Positions 35,001 through 47,900 of a DNA stretch of 64,000 bases are shown here, in pieces; the stretch's first letter is position 1, and each line of letters opens with the position of its first letter. This DNA is from Bugula neritina (lineage: Eukaryota > Animalia > Bryozoa). Made by a program: the position numbers and the translations under genes. The DNA lies in assembly GCA_964035545.1 (NCBI GenBank), contig OZ037770.1:10360973-10424972 (forward strand). Reading direction: 5' to 3'. The notes beneath the pieces are model-generated. The model was not told the origin of the DNA. It was given only the letters and a program-made list of their open reading frames with translations, and did not search any database.

Positions 35001-38000
35001 TCGATCTTTGACATCTTTCCATGGATCGATCTCGCTGAGATCGGTACATGGAAAGCCGGTGCATGTCTCTAAAGGTCAAAGGTTAGTATACTGAACTAGA
35101 GCTGTTTGATGTCACGTCTCTAAAGGTTAAAGTTAATAATTCTGCAATCAACCTTGGTATGTGTAGTAAACTTCTCTAGCTGATGAGCTGAATTTTTGAC
35201 AAGATTTTCCTTAATTTGCTGTTTCCTAATAAACCATGCATGGTAGCCTCAGCCAATCAGGTTGTGTACCAACTCTAAAATATCTCCACTGTAACTTATA
35301 TCAGGTTTTGCAAGCTCAAGTGCAAAATGCATGCTTTTAAAAAACAGCTCTCCAACTTTTAAGCATTGTTGTATTCCATATCCAAGTTTATGAGTTTTGA
35401 GTTCATTTTGTAAACTATTAAAATTGATTGTTAAAAAGAAAAATTAAAAACTACATGTCCGCAAGAATACCCTGGTACAATTTCGCCACAACCTCAGCTG
35501 TTTCTGCATAACATACTTTATGGCTCTTGTATTGACATGGTGGTAAATTACTTGGTTTTATAGCAGCTGGGTAAAATTCAAACACTGAAATTTGAACACA
35601 AGTCTGATTGCCGAGTTTTACATGACCAGTTGATACTTGTATTTTGATTGGCCTAATATTTCACACTGTAGTTTATCTGAGATGACACTTCCCGCTTTAG
35701 GGATGCTATTATAGGCATTCGTATTGTGAAATCTGTTTATTGAAAGAAATATATTAGCTTACGTCACTATGCCAACTTTCTTACAAAGCTTGTAATAAAA
35801 TATGCAGCTACAACTTAGGCGACTTCATCGATGGTAGACACTGCTTGGAACCTCAAATCAACCACTGCTGTCACTTGTTAGTATGGTAAATCAATAGCGA
35901 GAGCGTAACACTGTAATGTTAGTGCTACCCTATATTCATCAGTTCTATTGTAAAATAGTATGTTAGGAACGTATAGGACATAAGAACATTAGTCTAGGGC
36001 AGTGGTTCACAACCTGGGGGGAATTTATACGTTTAAAGGGGGAATTTCGACTGAAAAATTCACACAATTTGTTGAAGACTTTTTGAGCTCTTGCAAGTTA
36101 CATGGGTAAGTTTTCACCTTAGTTCATTTGTATAACCAAACCATATTCTGCAATCTCAGTTTACTTCTAAATGAATGTGTTTATTAATTCCTCTACCTTA
36201 ACTGCTATCTGTGCTACTTTGAAGGGAGGTCAAAAAATCTGCAAAAACCAACAGGCCAACTTTCAGCAGCCATGCAAGTCAATCTCTATGAACTGTATAC
36301 TACTTACTTAGTGAATATATATATATATATATATGATACACTAAATAATCTGAACCTAAGAATGCAGGAGTGCAATCATTGCATATTATTGCATTTCATA
36401 GCAGCATCAATGTATTTAAAATTGTACTAAAGTGGTGGCATCTATCAAAAAAATGCTGTCGTTCCCCGGAATCGAATGAACTTTTATAGGAAAAGAACCT
36501 GTTCTAATTTTAGGTAAAAATTTCACACTAGTGTTAAATTTTCCCATACCCATGCACAACCCAAACCCCAAACCCCCCATCTTGAACCCCTAACCGCCAA
36601 CCTAAATCTTCAATCTTAATATTGAAAATATGCCATTTTTACCTAATTTTCCAAATCTGTGCCGATATTACCTATGCCATTATTACCTGTATCATTTTTA
36701 CCTGTGCCATTTTTACTGGATACCACCTGATCCAAAGATCGTTTTTCAAAAAATCTTCTTGGCATTTCTCTGAACTTTTAATGGAGTTTTAACAGTATTT
36801 CTTTGAGCTACCTCCTCAAAAATAAAGAGCTAGATTCTTAACTTGACATGTGATCTATTGCAACACTTTGCTGGAAAAATTTCAGAGGAATTACAAGAGG
36901 ATTTCATTGAGTTGTTGACAATTCAGCAATGAAGGTGATTTAAAATCTTCCCCAATTGATGTATTGTGGGTGGTGTTCAATTGAAATGGCACAGGTAATA
37001 ATGGTATTAATAAAAAAGTAGGTAAAAACGGTACATTTTCAATATTGGTGTGGGTGTTTGGAGGTAGGGTTTGAGGTGAGGAGTTTGGATTTGTATTGGG
37101 GTTTTTCGTTTAGGAAAATTTACCATTAGTGTGTCATTTTTATCTAAAATCTTTCTGGATTTCCACAAGCAAACTCTTCCCACACATAGCTGAAAAAGCA
37201 GAGTTTTGGTACCATGCAGCACCACATATTTACGTGAGGTAGGATTCTTATCAATTTAATTCAAAGAAAAACTGCCTTAACCTGCAGAGCGACTTAAAAC
37301 GGGTCTCATCAAAAATCGAGCCAGGCTTAAGCGAGCTGGCACACAATCATCAACTGCAGCCATAACATTAATAATTAAACTGCTGTGTGTTTTATAACAT
37401 AATAACAAGATAATATAACTATATTATGATAATTAAATTATATGCAAATATAATAGAACAATATATATTGCATTGTATCATATATAATCATTATGTCAGT
37501 CGTAAGTTTTTTTGGAAAAAGGGAAACTAATAGTCAACATTTGTGAAAGGGGGAAATAGTGTGAAAAAGGTTGGGAACCACTAGCCTAGGGTCTGTTTGT
37601 ATGTAGAGCAGTAGCACAGTCACAGCACATTCACACTACCTGCTCTATCTTGTCTATCAAACACATGAGTTGCAGTGATAATAATCATTTTGTGATTATG
37701 ATTATTGGCTAAAGAAAAAATGGAAATGCTAAAAGTTTGTTTGTGGAAGCAATGGATAGATGATAGATAGTTTAGTAAGAGGTGTACGATATGCTGTATT
37801 ACAATAGTAGCGACATAGGCCATATGCGTGTGTGTGTGTATATGTGTGTATGTAATATGAACAATAGTTCCAACAGTGTCGCCCGCTGACTTTCTCTTAA
37901 CTTGCTTAGTATTACATTTTACATTGTAGAAGAGAGGAGAGAAATAGAAGCAGAACTGGTTCCTGCAGCAGACATGATTATTAGTTTAGATCAAGGAGTG

Positions 38001-39127
38001 ACAACTCGTACTCTTCCTAAATCTCTCAAACTCATACAGTCTGTTGATGTTTCTGATAGCTGTTTGTCTGTCTGTAAAAATGAGGATAACACTTATGTAG
38101 GACTGGGTAATGGTGCAGGAATAGACAGAATAAATGAGCGTTTCAGTGTTTCCAAGTCTTTTGGTACTGTTGCTAAAAATGTAAATGGGATAGCAGCTTA
38201 CACCAACCAGTTGTATGCTTTAGTGTATGTCAGTGATCGCAATCCTCGTTGGGCTGTACATGTGTATGATTTTACTGGGAAACATGTGACCAGCTGGTTT
38301 CATTATGATAGTTGCAGTAGTGTAAACAACCTTGCTATTGCTGATGACCAGGTTGTAGTTCCTGATAGAGGCAATAAAAGACTTACGTTCTACTCTCTTA
38401 CCGAGGAGGTAATTAAACATGTATCCTGTCCTCTACTCAGTGATAGTCGTACAGCAATATGTGCAGCAGACAGATATTGTGTAGTAGTTTCTGAATTTGG
38501 TTCTTCTCAAGTATTTAAATTAGACTTGACAACAGAGAAAGTCATCTGGACATGCAAGGATGTATCTCAACCAGAAGGTGTGACCTGCTATAGAAGTAAA
38601 TATATTCTTGTGACTAACTGCATCAGTCAAACTACCGTCTGGATACTGGATGTGAAGACAGGTTAGTGATTTCCGCTTTTTAATGTGTGCATGAAAAGCA
38701 TATGTATATTTGACATGTAAAATTCGTTCCATATATACACTACATATTCCTGTATGATTATACTGAATATTGTATACACAAACCACAATCAGTGGGTTAG
38801 TGTGTTGGTAAAGCCATTTGATGACATATTCACTGTTCTACTGTATTTTATGGTGATCATATCCTCGTGTCATGGCATTGATTTCTCAGTATTGCAGGCA
38901 TATTGATTATAACTTTGTTAGCACATAACAAAATATAATAATACAACACTAAACAGTAAGATTTATTGAAACAGTGAATTTGATATACTGTAGGTACACA
39001 GTTATCTATGCTCAAAGATCCAACTGTTAGGAGTATTAGTAATGTACTTGATCTCCATGTGTATAAAGACATGCTGATTGTACCCAGAAATTTGGAGAAG
39101 AAAGTTCTATTTTACCAGCTCAATTAA
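30010..39127 (+). CDS. TRIM-like E3 ligase copy 3, ~608 aa
   Basis: Exons 30010-30167, 30314-30470, 30624-30807, 31351-31532, 32565-32735, 34141-34249, 37930-38661, 38994-39127 (TAA). Confidence 0.88.
31817..32048. repeat. (TA)n microsatellite
   Basis: About 230 bp of near-pure TA in intron 4 of copy 3. Confidence 0.97.
33292..34052 (-). mobile_element. Older copy of the CACCGGC MITE family
   Basis: Near-perfect TIRs; more diverged interior; intron 5 of copy 3. Confidence 0.85.
34284..35061 (-). mobile_element. CACCGGC MITE, near-identical to 21957-22734 but inverted
   Basis: Perfect TIRs; 3-bp TSD CAT; mirror ORFs 22464..22673+ and 34345..34554- differ by one residue. Confidence 0.88.
36000..37583 (+). 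mobile_element. Degenerate hAT-Charlie/Buster element with nested MITE fragments
   Basis: TIR CAGTGGTTCACAACCT / AGGTTGGGAACCACTA; 8-bp TSD GTCTAGGG/GCCTAGGG; transposase remnant [15 protein letters not shown] at ~37203-37247. Confidence 0.8.
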
Positions 39128-41417
39128 ATAGGTATTATGCATATAGTTACAGTGTGTATAGCATATAATCTAACCTCAGGTATTTTATAAGAGGTAAATT
39201 TCCGAACCCTGAAACTTTTTTATTTGATATAAATATAGCTTATCAGTCTGTTTTGCATAAAATAAGTAAAACTATTTACCCTTGCAGGTATGCCAAATAT
39301 CACAGAGCACTTAGCATCTAGTTTCTTTTAATTTTTCCTAGTGTGTATCTGTATTTTATCTTGATGTATTTTGTTCTCATGGTAATACAGTGAAATGGCT
39401 CATCCATGTAATGCTGACTAAAAACTGTATACACAAGTTCAACTTTGCTTCTGGTGTACTCCATATGCACTCCTTGTTTTGCATGTTGTCAGCTGACACA
39501 TCTAACGGTTGTTACTACTTAACACTACACAATATTAACATTCGTGTAAAATATAACTTGACTTGCATAGATTTGAATAATCAATGCGTGAAATTATTAC
39601 AGAAATATGATGGAGAAGAGAACAAAGGAGTTTCTGCAGCAGATACATCTACTAGTTTATATTAGAGAGTGACAAGTGAGAAGATATTCAGGTACAAGAC
39701 TAAATGATGAGAACTTCAGTGGAGCAGCTGATTGGTCAATTCATCTGACTTAGTAACATTGTCTGACTATATTCATCACTATGAAATATGACCTAGTAAC
39801 ATTCTTACCCAGTTCCACGTTATTCAACTATTTACTGTTGTAGTAATTATTGCTTACTTATTTGATTATTCATCATATTATCACGAATACATTTGCTGTG
39901 TTAATTACAATAGTATTTACCCATCTGTTGTTACATAAACTATTGCGTATTATCTATCATATAAATAACATAATATATATTATGACACTTCATAAATTAT
40001 TTCTATATTAATTATATTTTCTATCATATAGAGTTGAACCCCTGCATATCAATTACTTGTAATATCACAGAAAGTTTCTATATTATATACTCTTTGAAAT
40101 TATAGAATATTTATATTTTAAATCTGCTCTCCTTCACTGTGCAACAGAATTCTATCAGAATCTGGTAGTTTGTAATATCAGCACTAGAGAAACTCAGTAT
40201 ATGTAATATGTTAGTAATAATGAAATGCTTAGACTCCATGTTTTATGGAATGTCAGCAAAATCTGACATGCTGTCACTTTGTGATTTACTTCATCACTCG
40301 GTACATTTCTAATATTGAACATGCTGTATTTTAACTGGTGATCTGTACTATAGTTTTATATTACCATGTGTTATGTAAATAATTCAGTCTATTGTTTGTG
40401 GAATAATAAATATTCTATGCTCTCATAAATCCCACCTGGTGTTTTCACATTATATTTGTTTGTTGCTCAATGACTTTTCATTTGTTAGAATAAGCTAAAT
40501 TCGTTTTGGAACTTGAAACAGTGCTGTTTGAATAATTTAGTCAACATTTGTGACTTTGTTAACAAAAGCTATAAAATGAGCTGCAGTTGAACTAAAATGG
40601 TATAATACTGTGTTGTAATGATTTATGTATGTCATAATTTCCCCAGAGTGAGAAGTTACACCTCCAATGCCCCATGTTTATTATTAACAATCGCCTCTCA
40701 AGCAAAACTTGTGTTGCTAGAGAGGCAACATGTGTCGAGGTACATTAACTTTCTTCTAAAGCCAAAACCAGGACATTGAACACCACACACACCTTGCACA
40801 CAGTCTATAGGTAATACACAGGCTGACTGTTAACCTTCTAGCTGCTTTCAAAACATTGGTAAAACCTTCAGTTGTGTAACACAGTTGTTTAATACCTCTT
40901 TCTAAAGTGGTCTATAATATTGTAAAATAACACGAGCAGCTTTCAATATGACTGACTTGAATCTATAAATGAGATCACAATTGAAGATGTGCTACCATAT
41001 TCCTACATTCTAGTCTAGTCATTTATCACAGTGTTTAGTATTGACTACAGGCACAATACAAAAAGACTGGTCTGATACTTTCTTTATATTTGTTAATTCC
41101 CCAACAGCTGGTAAACTGTACTTGGTAATCATATGACAGCTAAACCATTTAACAGGACTTTTGCTAAATTATAATATTTTGACAACTTATTATTGTATGT
41201 CACTTTCCATTCATTTTGAACTTTAATTAACTTTACTGAAGCACATGATAATATTTTCCATTTTCAAACACTTGGTCACAGCTTTTCACTGAAGCCCATT
41301 ATTATAATCTTCTACCTGCACAATTCTGAGGATGTTTAATTTAGTTATCTTACCTGCTAGATGATAGCTCAAGGTAAACATTTTTTGACCCTTTGAACTT
41401 TGATCAACACTTTAGTA

Positions 41418-41766
41418 CCGGGTGTCCAGCTTTTTCACAACGAGGGCCAGAGGGCCACGGAAAAGGAATATTACGGTGGGAAGGGCCACGTTTTAATTTT
41501 AAGCTTGAACTGGCGGTCAAAGTGCCAATATTTTTCAAATTACCTTTTTCCAAATTCTTGTGAATTATTACACAATATAGTCCCAATAGTTACTGCAGGT
41601 TGCAGGTTTTATATAGCATGTGCATAAATAAGACATGTTTGAAAGGTAATTTTCACCCTAACTCATATTTTTAGGCAAAATAATTTTATTCCGTACGCTT
41701 TTGAGGGTCACATAAATGTAGACTGAGGGCCACATCCGGGCCTGAAGCTGCCTGTTGGACAGGCCC
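41418..41766. mobile_element. hAT-like MITE
   Basis: Ends CCGGGTGTCCA / TGGACAGGCCCG with subterminal AGGGCCAC repeats; TSD not clear. Confidence 0.5.
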
Positions 41767-41992
41767 GCTTCATTATATTAGTGGTAGGGGTTAACTTTAT
41801 TTATGGTCTCAACTACTAAGATAAGATATCTACTTGGTACTTATCAGCTGCTTATACCTGATGTTGATCATTCTGCTTCATCTGTCTTGTTTCTGTTATA
41901 TCAGTGACACGCAGTTCCATTTTACAGGGCTTTATTTTTACTCTGTATCATATCATATGATTCATATTAATGGTGGTGCTCTTTAGAATAGC

Positions 41993-44900
41993 ATGGCTGC
42001 AGCAGAAGAAGTTGAGTGTGGATTCTGTTTACTAAAAGAAGGTTTAGAGAATCCCAAGTGTCTACCATGTGGTCATGTACACTGTTTACTATGTCTTACT
42101 CGTAATGTTGATGTGAATGACATGATCAAGTGTCCCTGGTGTAGGTAAGTTAGTTTTGTATATGTAAAGTAGAAGCATACTGTTGGTAAAAAAATATCTC
42201 ACATTTGCAACACATTGTAATGTATTTATCATGCACTTATTTATACATTTTTTGATGCTGTATGCTGTTTGTGTTGAAGAGAGGTATTTGATACGAATGT
42301 AGACAGCTTGGCTTCTGCAAACATAGCAGACAGCTACGTATCATGTGACGTATGCACTAAAAAGGGGCTGAAAAATGTACCAGCAGTCATATACTGCACT
42401 GTGTGCCGTAAACTCTTCTGCAGAAAACATGATGAGGTATTTGATTTATTGTAACAATTTACTTTCAGGTCCTGCCTTGTAAAATATATTGTTAGTAATT
42501 ACCCATTCTAATATTTTTGTGAATACTTGAATTATATTTCTCAGTAAATATATATTCTGTTATATTCAGTCACATGATGACACCAGTGATGACCACCAGA
42601 AGATGACCATATCTGACTACAGAATACAAGCCAAGAGACTGGAGAAAAGAGTTTGTCCTAAACACACAGCATATCCTTACTCACTGGGATGTAAAGTCTG
42701 TGTTCAGCTGTTCTGTGTGCAGTGTGTATCTCAGACTAACGTGTGTGTTGGAGGTACGGAAGTTTTATCCAAATATTTTTTGCAAAAGTTACTTGGCAAC
42801 TTGTGGTTTTCTTGATAATTCTTTTAGTAGTTGTGCGTTTGTTGCCTAAAATTACTTGGATCTTTGAATGGATATCACAAATCACAATGAATAAAGTTCA
42901 GGAGGATATCAAATAGTAAAAGCAGATCTGAAGGAGAAAATGTCATAACAGAATTGGATATTTCTTTTTATTGATAGGTGTGGATGTTAGAATTTGCTGG
43001 TTTTATTTTATTAATTTCATTGCCCTGCAATATGTTTTGTCAGCCTCAAATACGTTTCGTAGTTTCGTAGCAGCCTCAAATACACAGTTTAAACTTTCTA
43101 TCGGTAAGCCTAGGGCCACATGGTGCGTATTTTCGCATGCGAAAATTGAAATCACAAGTAGCAAAGGTGTCCACTGTGCGCGTTGAGAAAACCTTCGCAC
43201 TTGTCGCTCTGCATTTTCAACGCAAGTGCGAATCGTCTCTGTCGTCGTCACCTAATTGGCTGGTAGCTATTCAGCGAGCCCAATTTCTTTATTTAGTGCT
43301 ATATTCCAGTAAATTGCGTTTTATTGAAAGCGAGTGCGATTTAAAAATGAAAGCTTTATTTATCACGCATCACTGACGCTACAGTGGACACCTTTGCTAC
43401 TCGTGATTTTAATTTTCGCATGCGAAAATACGCACAGTGTGGCCCTAGGCTAACCTTTTTTCATTTACTGTAATATATTTTATCAGCTATATTTTATTTA
43501 TCATAACTTTTTGCATTTTCTTTAATTGGAGGACAACCAGTATTAACTCAAGATTGTTGGTTAAGCATGCAATTCAATAATTTTAATTACTTGTTCACAA
43601 TGAATTTATGTTGTATTACACAGATTCTGAGCATAAGCTGGTTAACTTGGATGACCTAATTAAAGACCTGATCAATATTGATGAATTGACTTCTGCAGAA
43701 GACAAGATGTCCGCCCACTTCAAACAAATATCTAAAACTCTATCTGATTTTGATACTGAGACTGGCAGATTGCTGATAATTCTTCATACACAGCGAGATC
43801 AGCATGTAAGATTATTATTGGTGTAATATGTTCAATATGGATTTCTTAGGTAGCAATGTAAAAATTTCACAGGTAATATGGCACAAATTAAAGAGTAGGT
43901 ACTAATGACACATTGATGTTAATTTTCCGAAACACCAAACTCAAACACCCATCCCAAACCTAAATCTCTATTCCAAACCCCTAACCACCACCCAAAACCC
44001 TAATACTGAAAATGTACCACTCTTACCTGTGCCATTTTTACCAGACATCATTTAATATGATTGTTGCATGTATTTTGTATTAGAAATTTACTTCAGCATG
44101 CTGTTTAATTCCTGTCATTAAATTTGCTTCAGATGTCAAATAGTTAGGCCATAAGTTGTGATCACTAAATATTTTACCTAGAAATAAAAGGGAAACAGTA
44201 CTTTACATAACTTCCTGTAATTTTATTTGCGTTAAGTTCTCAGCCTTATAATAATATATACTAAGTTAGCTGATATTGTAGTAATTCGTGCAATTACTGT
44301 GCGTGGGTTCCTAGCTTTGTAATTATAGTCTATTTATTCACATCAATAAAGTATTAAAGTGAGATTCACGAGGTTTATTTATTACTAAGTATATAGAAGA
44401 TACAAAAAGTACGCAGACTTGAAACACTACATCTTTACTCGCTTAGTACGCTCTCTCTACTACTACTACTACTACTCGCTGAGGGTTATCACATGACGCA
44501 CTCTGATTGGCTAAAGGGGCTTGGGGGACGCGCGTATTACGTACTCACTACACCGCCCCCCCCCAGCAGAAAGCCCTACTTTCTGATAACACATATACAG
44601 TTGATACTAAGACATAAAACGTTACAAAAACTATAAAACTGAGAGAGCGTATGGCACATAAAAGAAAGAACATGACTATGTACAGTAATAAAAAAAGTAT
44701 ATATAAAAAAAATATATAACAGTAAAACACACGATGGCACTGACGGGAGGCACTTGTAGTGAATAGTCCATGGTTAGAGATGCATACTTGTAGGTTACTA
44801 TAAGATTGTCACACTGAGGAATTGTTTGTTAGCACCGGGCATGAGAGGGGTTCGAGATGGGGCACCACCTGCGGTACCATCACGGGTAGGGAGTTTGGGG

Positions 44901-47900
44901 ATGTCGTCTTCAAGCGCTTCCTTTCATTCGGGCTACAGAGGCAGAGAGTGCCAGGAGTTCAGATGCGGCGGCAGAGATTCTCGGTGTCAGTCTTTGTACT
45001 TCTTTCTCTAATTCTCGTATCCGCTCTTCTGCTTCTCCTAGGTTCCGGGCGGGGGCAGAGTGCCGGTTGGGGGACGAAGATGGCCAACGCCGTTTACGAG
45101 AAGGCCTTGGGGAGACGGGGGGGGGGAGAGGGACGCCATCGCTGTGGTACTTCGATGCGTCGTAGCACGACTCTGGGTATGGAGTCGGGGCGGGGCACTG
45201 TGCGTGTGGGGGGTGATGGACGGGGTACGTGTGGTCTCCTATATCCGGGTGGTTTAGGGCAGGGTCCTTGCGTGATGGTCCTGGGTGCGGGGAATTCCTG
45301 ACGCAGCCGTTCGTAGCGAGCTGGGTCTGGTATGAATGGTCGGATGAGGTCAAGGAATTGTGGAAAGGAGGGTTCGTCGACTTCGAAAAGGTGTCCAACA
45401 TGGCATCCCATAGTCCGCTGGTGACGGAGGATGTAGTCCCTGTGGTAACTATATTCACCACAAGGACAAAAGGTGGTGAAATAATGTTGGGGAACGTGAA
45501 CTCGGAGTCTTCGTGGGGTGGTGAAATGAAGCTGGCATAAACGGCAGGTGGTGCATTGGTCGTCGCCCTTGTGTTCTCGTATAAGTGCTTCTGTGTCTGG
45601 GGTAACCCAGCATGGCTGATGTAAGAGTGCCTCCGGAAGTGTAGTGGGAACGGGTTCCTCGTTCCAAGCCATTTCCAATGACGGCATGTCACAAGGAAGA
45701 GGAGAGCGAGCTGTATCTAAAAGAGCAGAATTACTGTTAGATCGAGTGTGATCTTTACACCATAATTCTGATGACAACCGACTGTTACTAGTCTGGGAGT
45801 CATACATCTTTTTAGATAGAACTCGAGGGACTGAGTCGTGTCGTGTAGACTGACAGAGAGACATAGTGTCAAGCTCCAGATCTAGTAGATCGTCGGCCAT
45901 CGTTATGTTCTCGTCGCCTTTCACGTAAGACTCAGTCCCCAGTAGTTGTGATTCAATCAAGGCGATTAAATCAGAACTGACTGATGGTAGACTTGTTTCC
46001 ATGAGTGGAAATGTTAGCTCAGAGCAAGCTTACCTGAGAACCCGGTATTTGTAATCATACTCAGCGTTCCAGCTTGGATGTCCATGGATTGAGTTTGAAT
46101 GCGTCTGCCCTTGACAACGTCAGCGTAGGAAAAGACTGGGCAGCGTGGTTGTTGCGCACGGCTGGAACTATTTGCCCCGGGCGTAGTAGTTTTGTTTACC
46201 ACTCCGCCTTCGCAAAAGTTGAGATTTCCGTGGTGTTCACAACTCCCACGCTTTGTTGCCAGCCCTTCCGTACGGCGCCCAGCTGAACTTTCGTAACTGC
46301 CGTTTGAAACACGGTCACATACGAAGTCTTTCAGGTATGCTGGGGGTTGTCTAGTACGCTGTCCCCGTTCCAGGGGAGGTGACGTATCAGCTGGAGAGGG
46401 GGTTGTAGTTGTTGGTTGGGGCGGTGTACTCACTGGTGGGCTATTTTGCTCTACCTGTGGTGTTTCTAGCCCGTCGTTGATGATCGTGTTTCCCTCTCCG
46501 CTGTTGTCTCTGGATGGAGCCCTCCCACGGGGGGGTTTTGCACTTCCGGACGCGGATGCGGATCCGGAAGTGGTGGGGGTAGACTTGGTACTGGAGGCGG
46601 TGGGCGCACTTCCGTTGGTGGGAGTGGCGTTTCCTGCCTCACCAAGTCCTCCTCCCGCGGCACAACCACTTCGTATTCTTGTCCGTGCCGTTGCCGCCCG
46701 CGCGTTGCTGTCTGCCTCCTGGGCTCCAACAATGGGGGGGCTGCTCCTGCTGCTCCTGGGCTAGCCCAATACGGTTTCAAGCGGGCTTCATTCTGGACAG
46801 AGACCTGTCCAGATCGCTCCAACTTGTACGTATGATTGGGCATTGCCTCAACTACTACGTAGGGTCCCACAAACTTAGGCTGGAGCTTAGCCGCTTGTCC
46901 TCGACGCCTACGGTAGTTGACCATCCACACCCAGTCCCCAGTTTGATAGAGGGGTGGTTCCTGAGAGTCCTCTTGCCGTACCTGCCACTGCTTTGTCCGC
47001 AGTATTTCGTGTGCGGCCCTCAGGTCCTCTATCAATTTACTGGCATACTCGTGGATGGTATAGTCTTGCTCTGGGATGTGGTATGTGAGGTGGTCAGGCA
47101 CTCGCTTCTCTCGACCGAGCATCAGGAGGTTAGGGGTTTCCCCCGTACTGGTGTGTGGTGTACTACGGTAGGCCCGCATGACTTGCGGTAGTACCGTATC
47201 CCACTCCTCCTGACCCCGGCCGAGGAGCAGACTGCGCAGTGCATCGCCCAACATGCGGTTGTTGCGTTCCACCACCCCGTTGCCCTGAGGATGGTATGGG
47301 GTGGTCCTGCTTTGGTTTACTCCCCAGAGGCGGCAGAGGTCGCTCAACAGTTGGGACTGGAATTGAGCCCCCTGATCCGAATGTATTTGCTCGGGTAGTC
47401 CAAGATAGCAGAATACATTTTGGTTTAGCACCCTGGCCACCGTGGGGGCGGATGCATCTGGAATAGCCAGGGCGTCCGCCCACCGTGTAAAGTGGTCGGT
47501 TAATACTAGGATCCAACTGTTTCCTCTGGGGGTGACGGGCATGGGTCCGACTAGGTCGATAGCTACCACCTGCCATGGCCTTCCAGCATATAGCCTACGC
47601 CGTCCCGCTTCGCCAGGGAGACGGCCATGCTTGCTGGCCTGGCAGATTTCGCATTGTTTGACTCTACGCCGTACCTCCCGCTCCATGCCGGGCCAGTACC
47701 ACCGGAGCTGTAACTTGGAGAGCACCCTGCTTACCCCGGCATGGGCCTGTTTGTGGGTGTCCCATACTAACTCCCGGCGTATGGCGGCTGGGCAGATCAC
47801 CCTCTTTCTTCCATACTGGCTGTTGTGAGCTGCCACTGTGATGGTCAGCAGACCATCTGGCCCGATCCGCAGCAAGTCCCAACGTTGACAGTACGACCGT

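Noticed and set aside
45094-46002. env gene of an errantivirus-like element
   Set aside because: No signal peptide or hydrophobic transmembrane segment; zinc-finger content instead.
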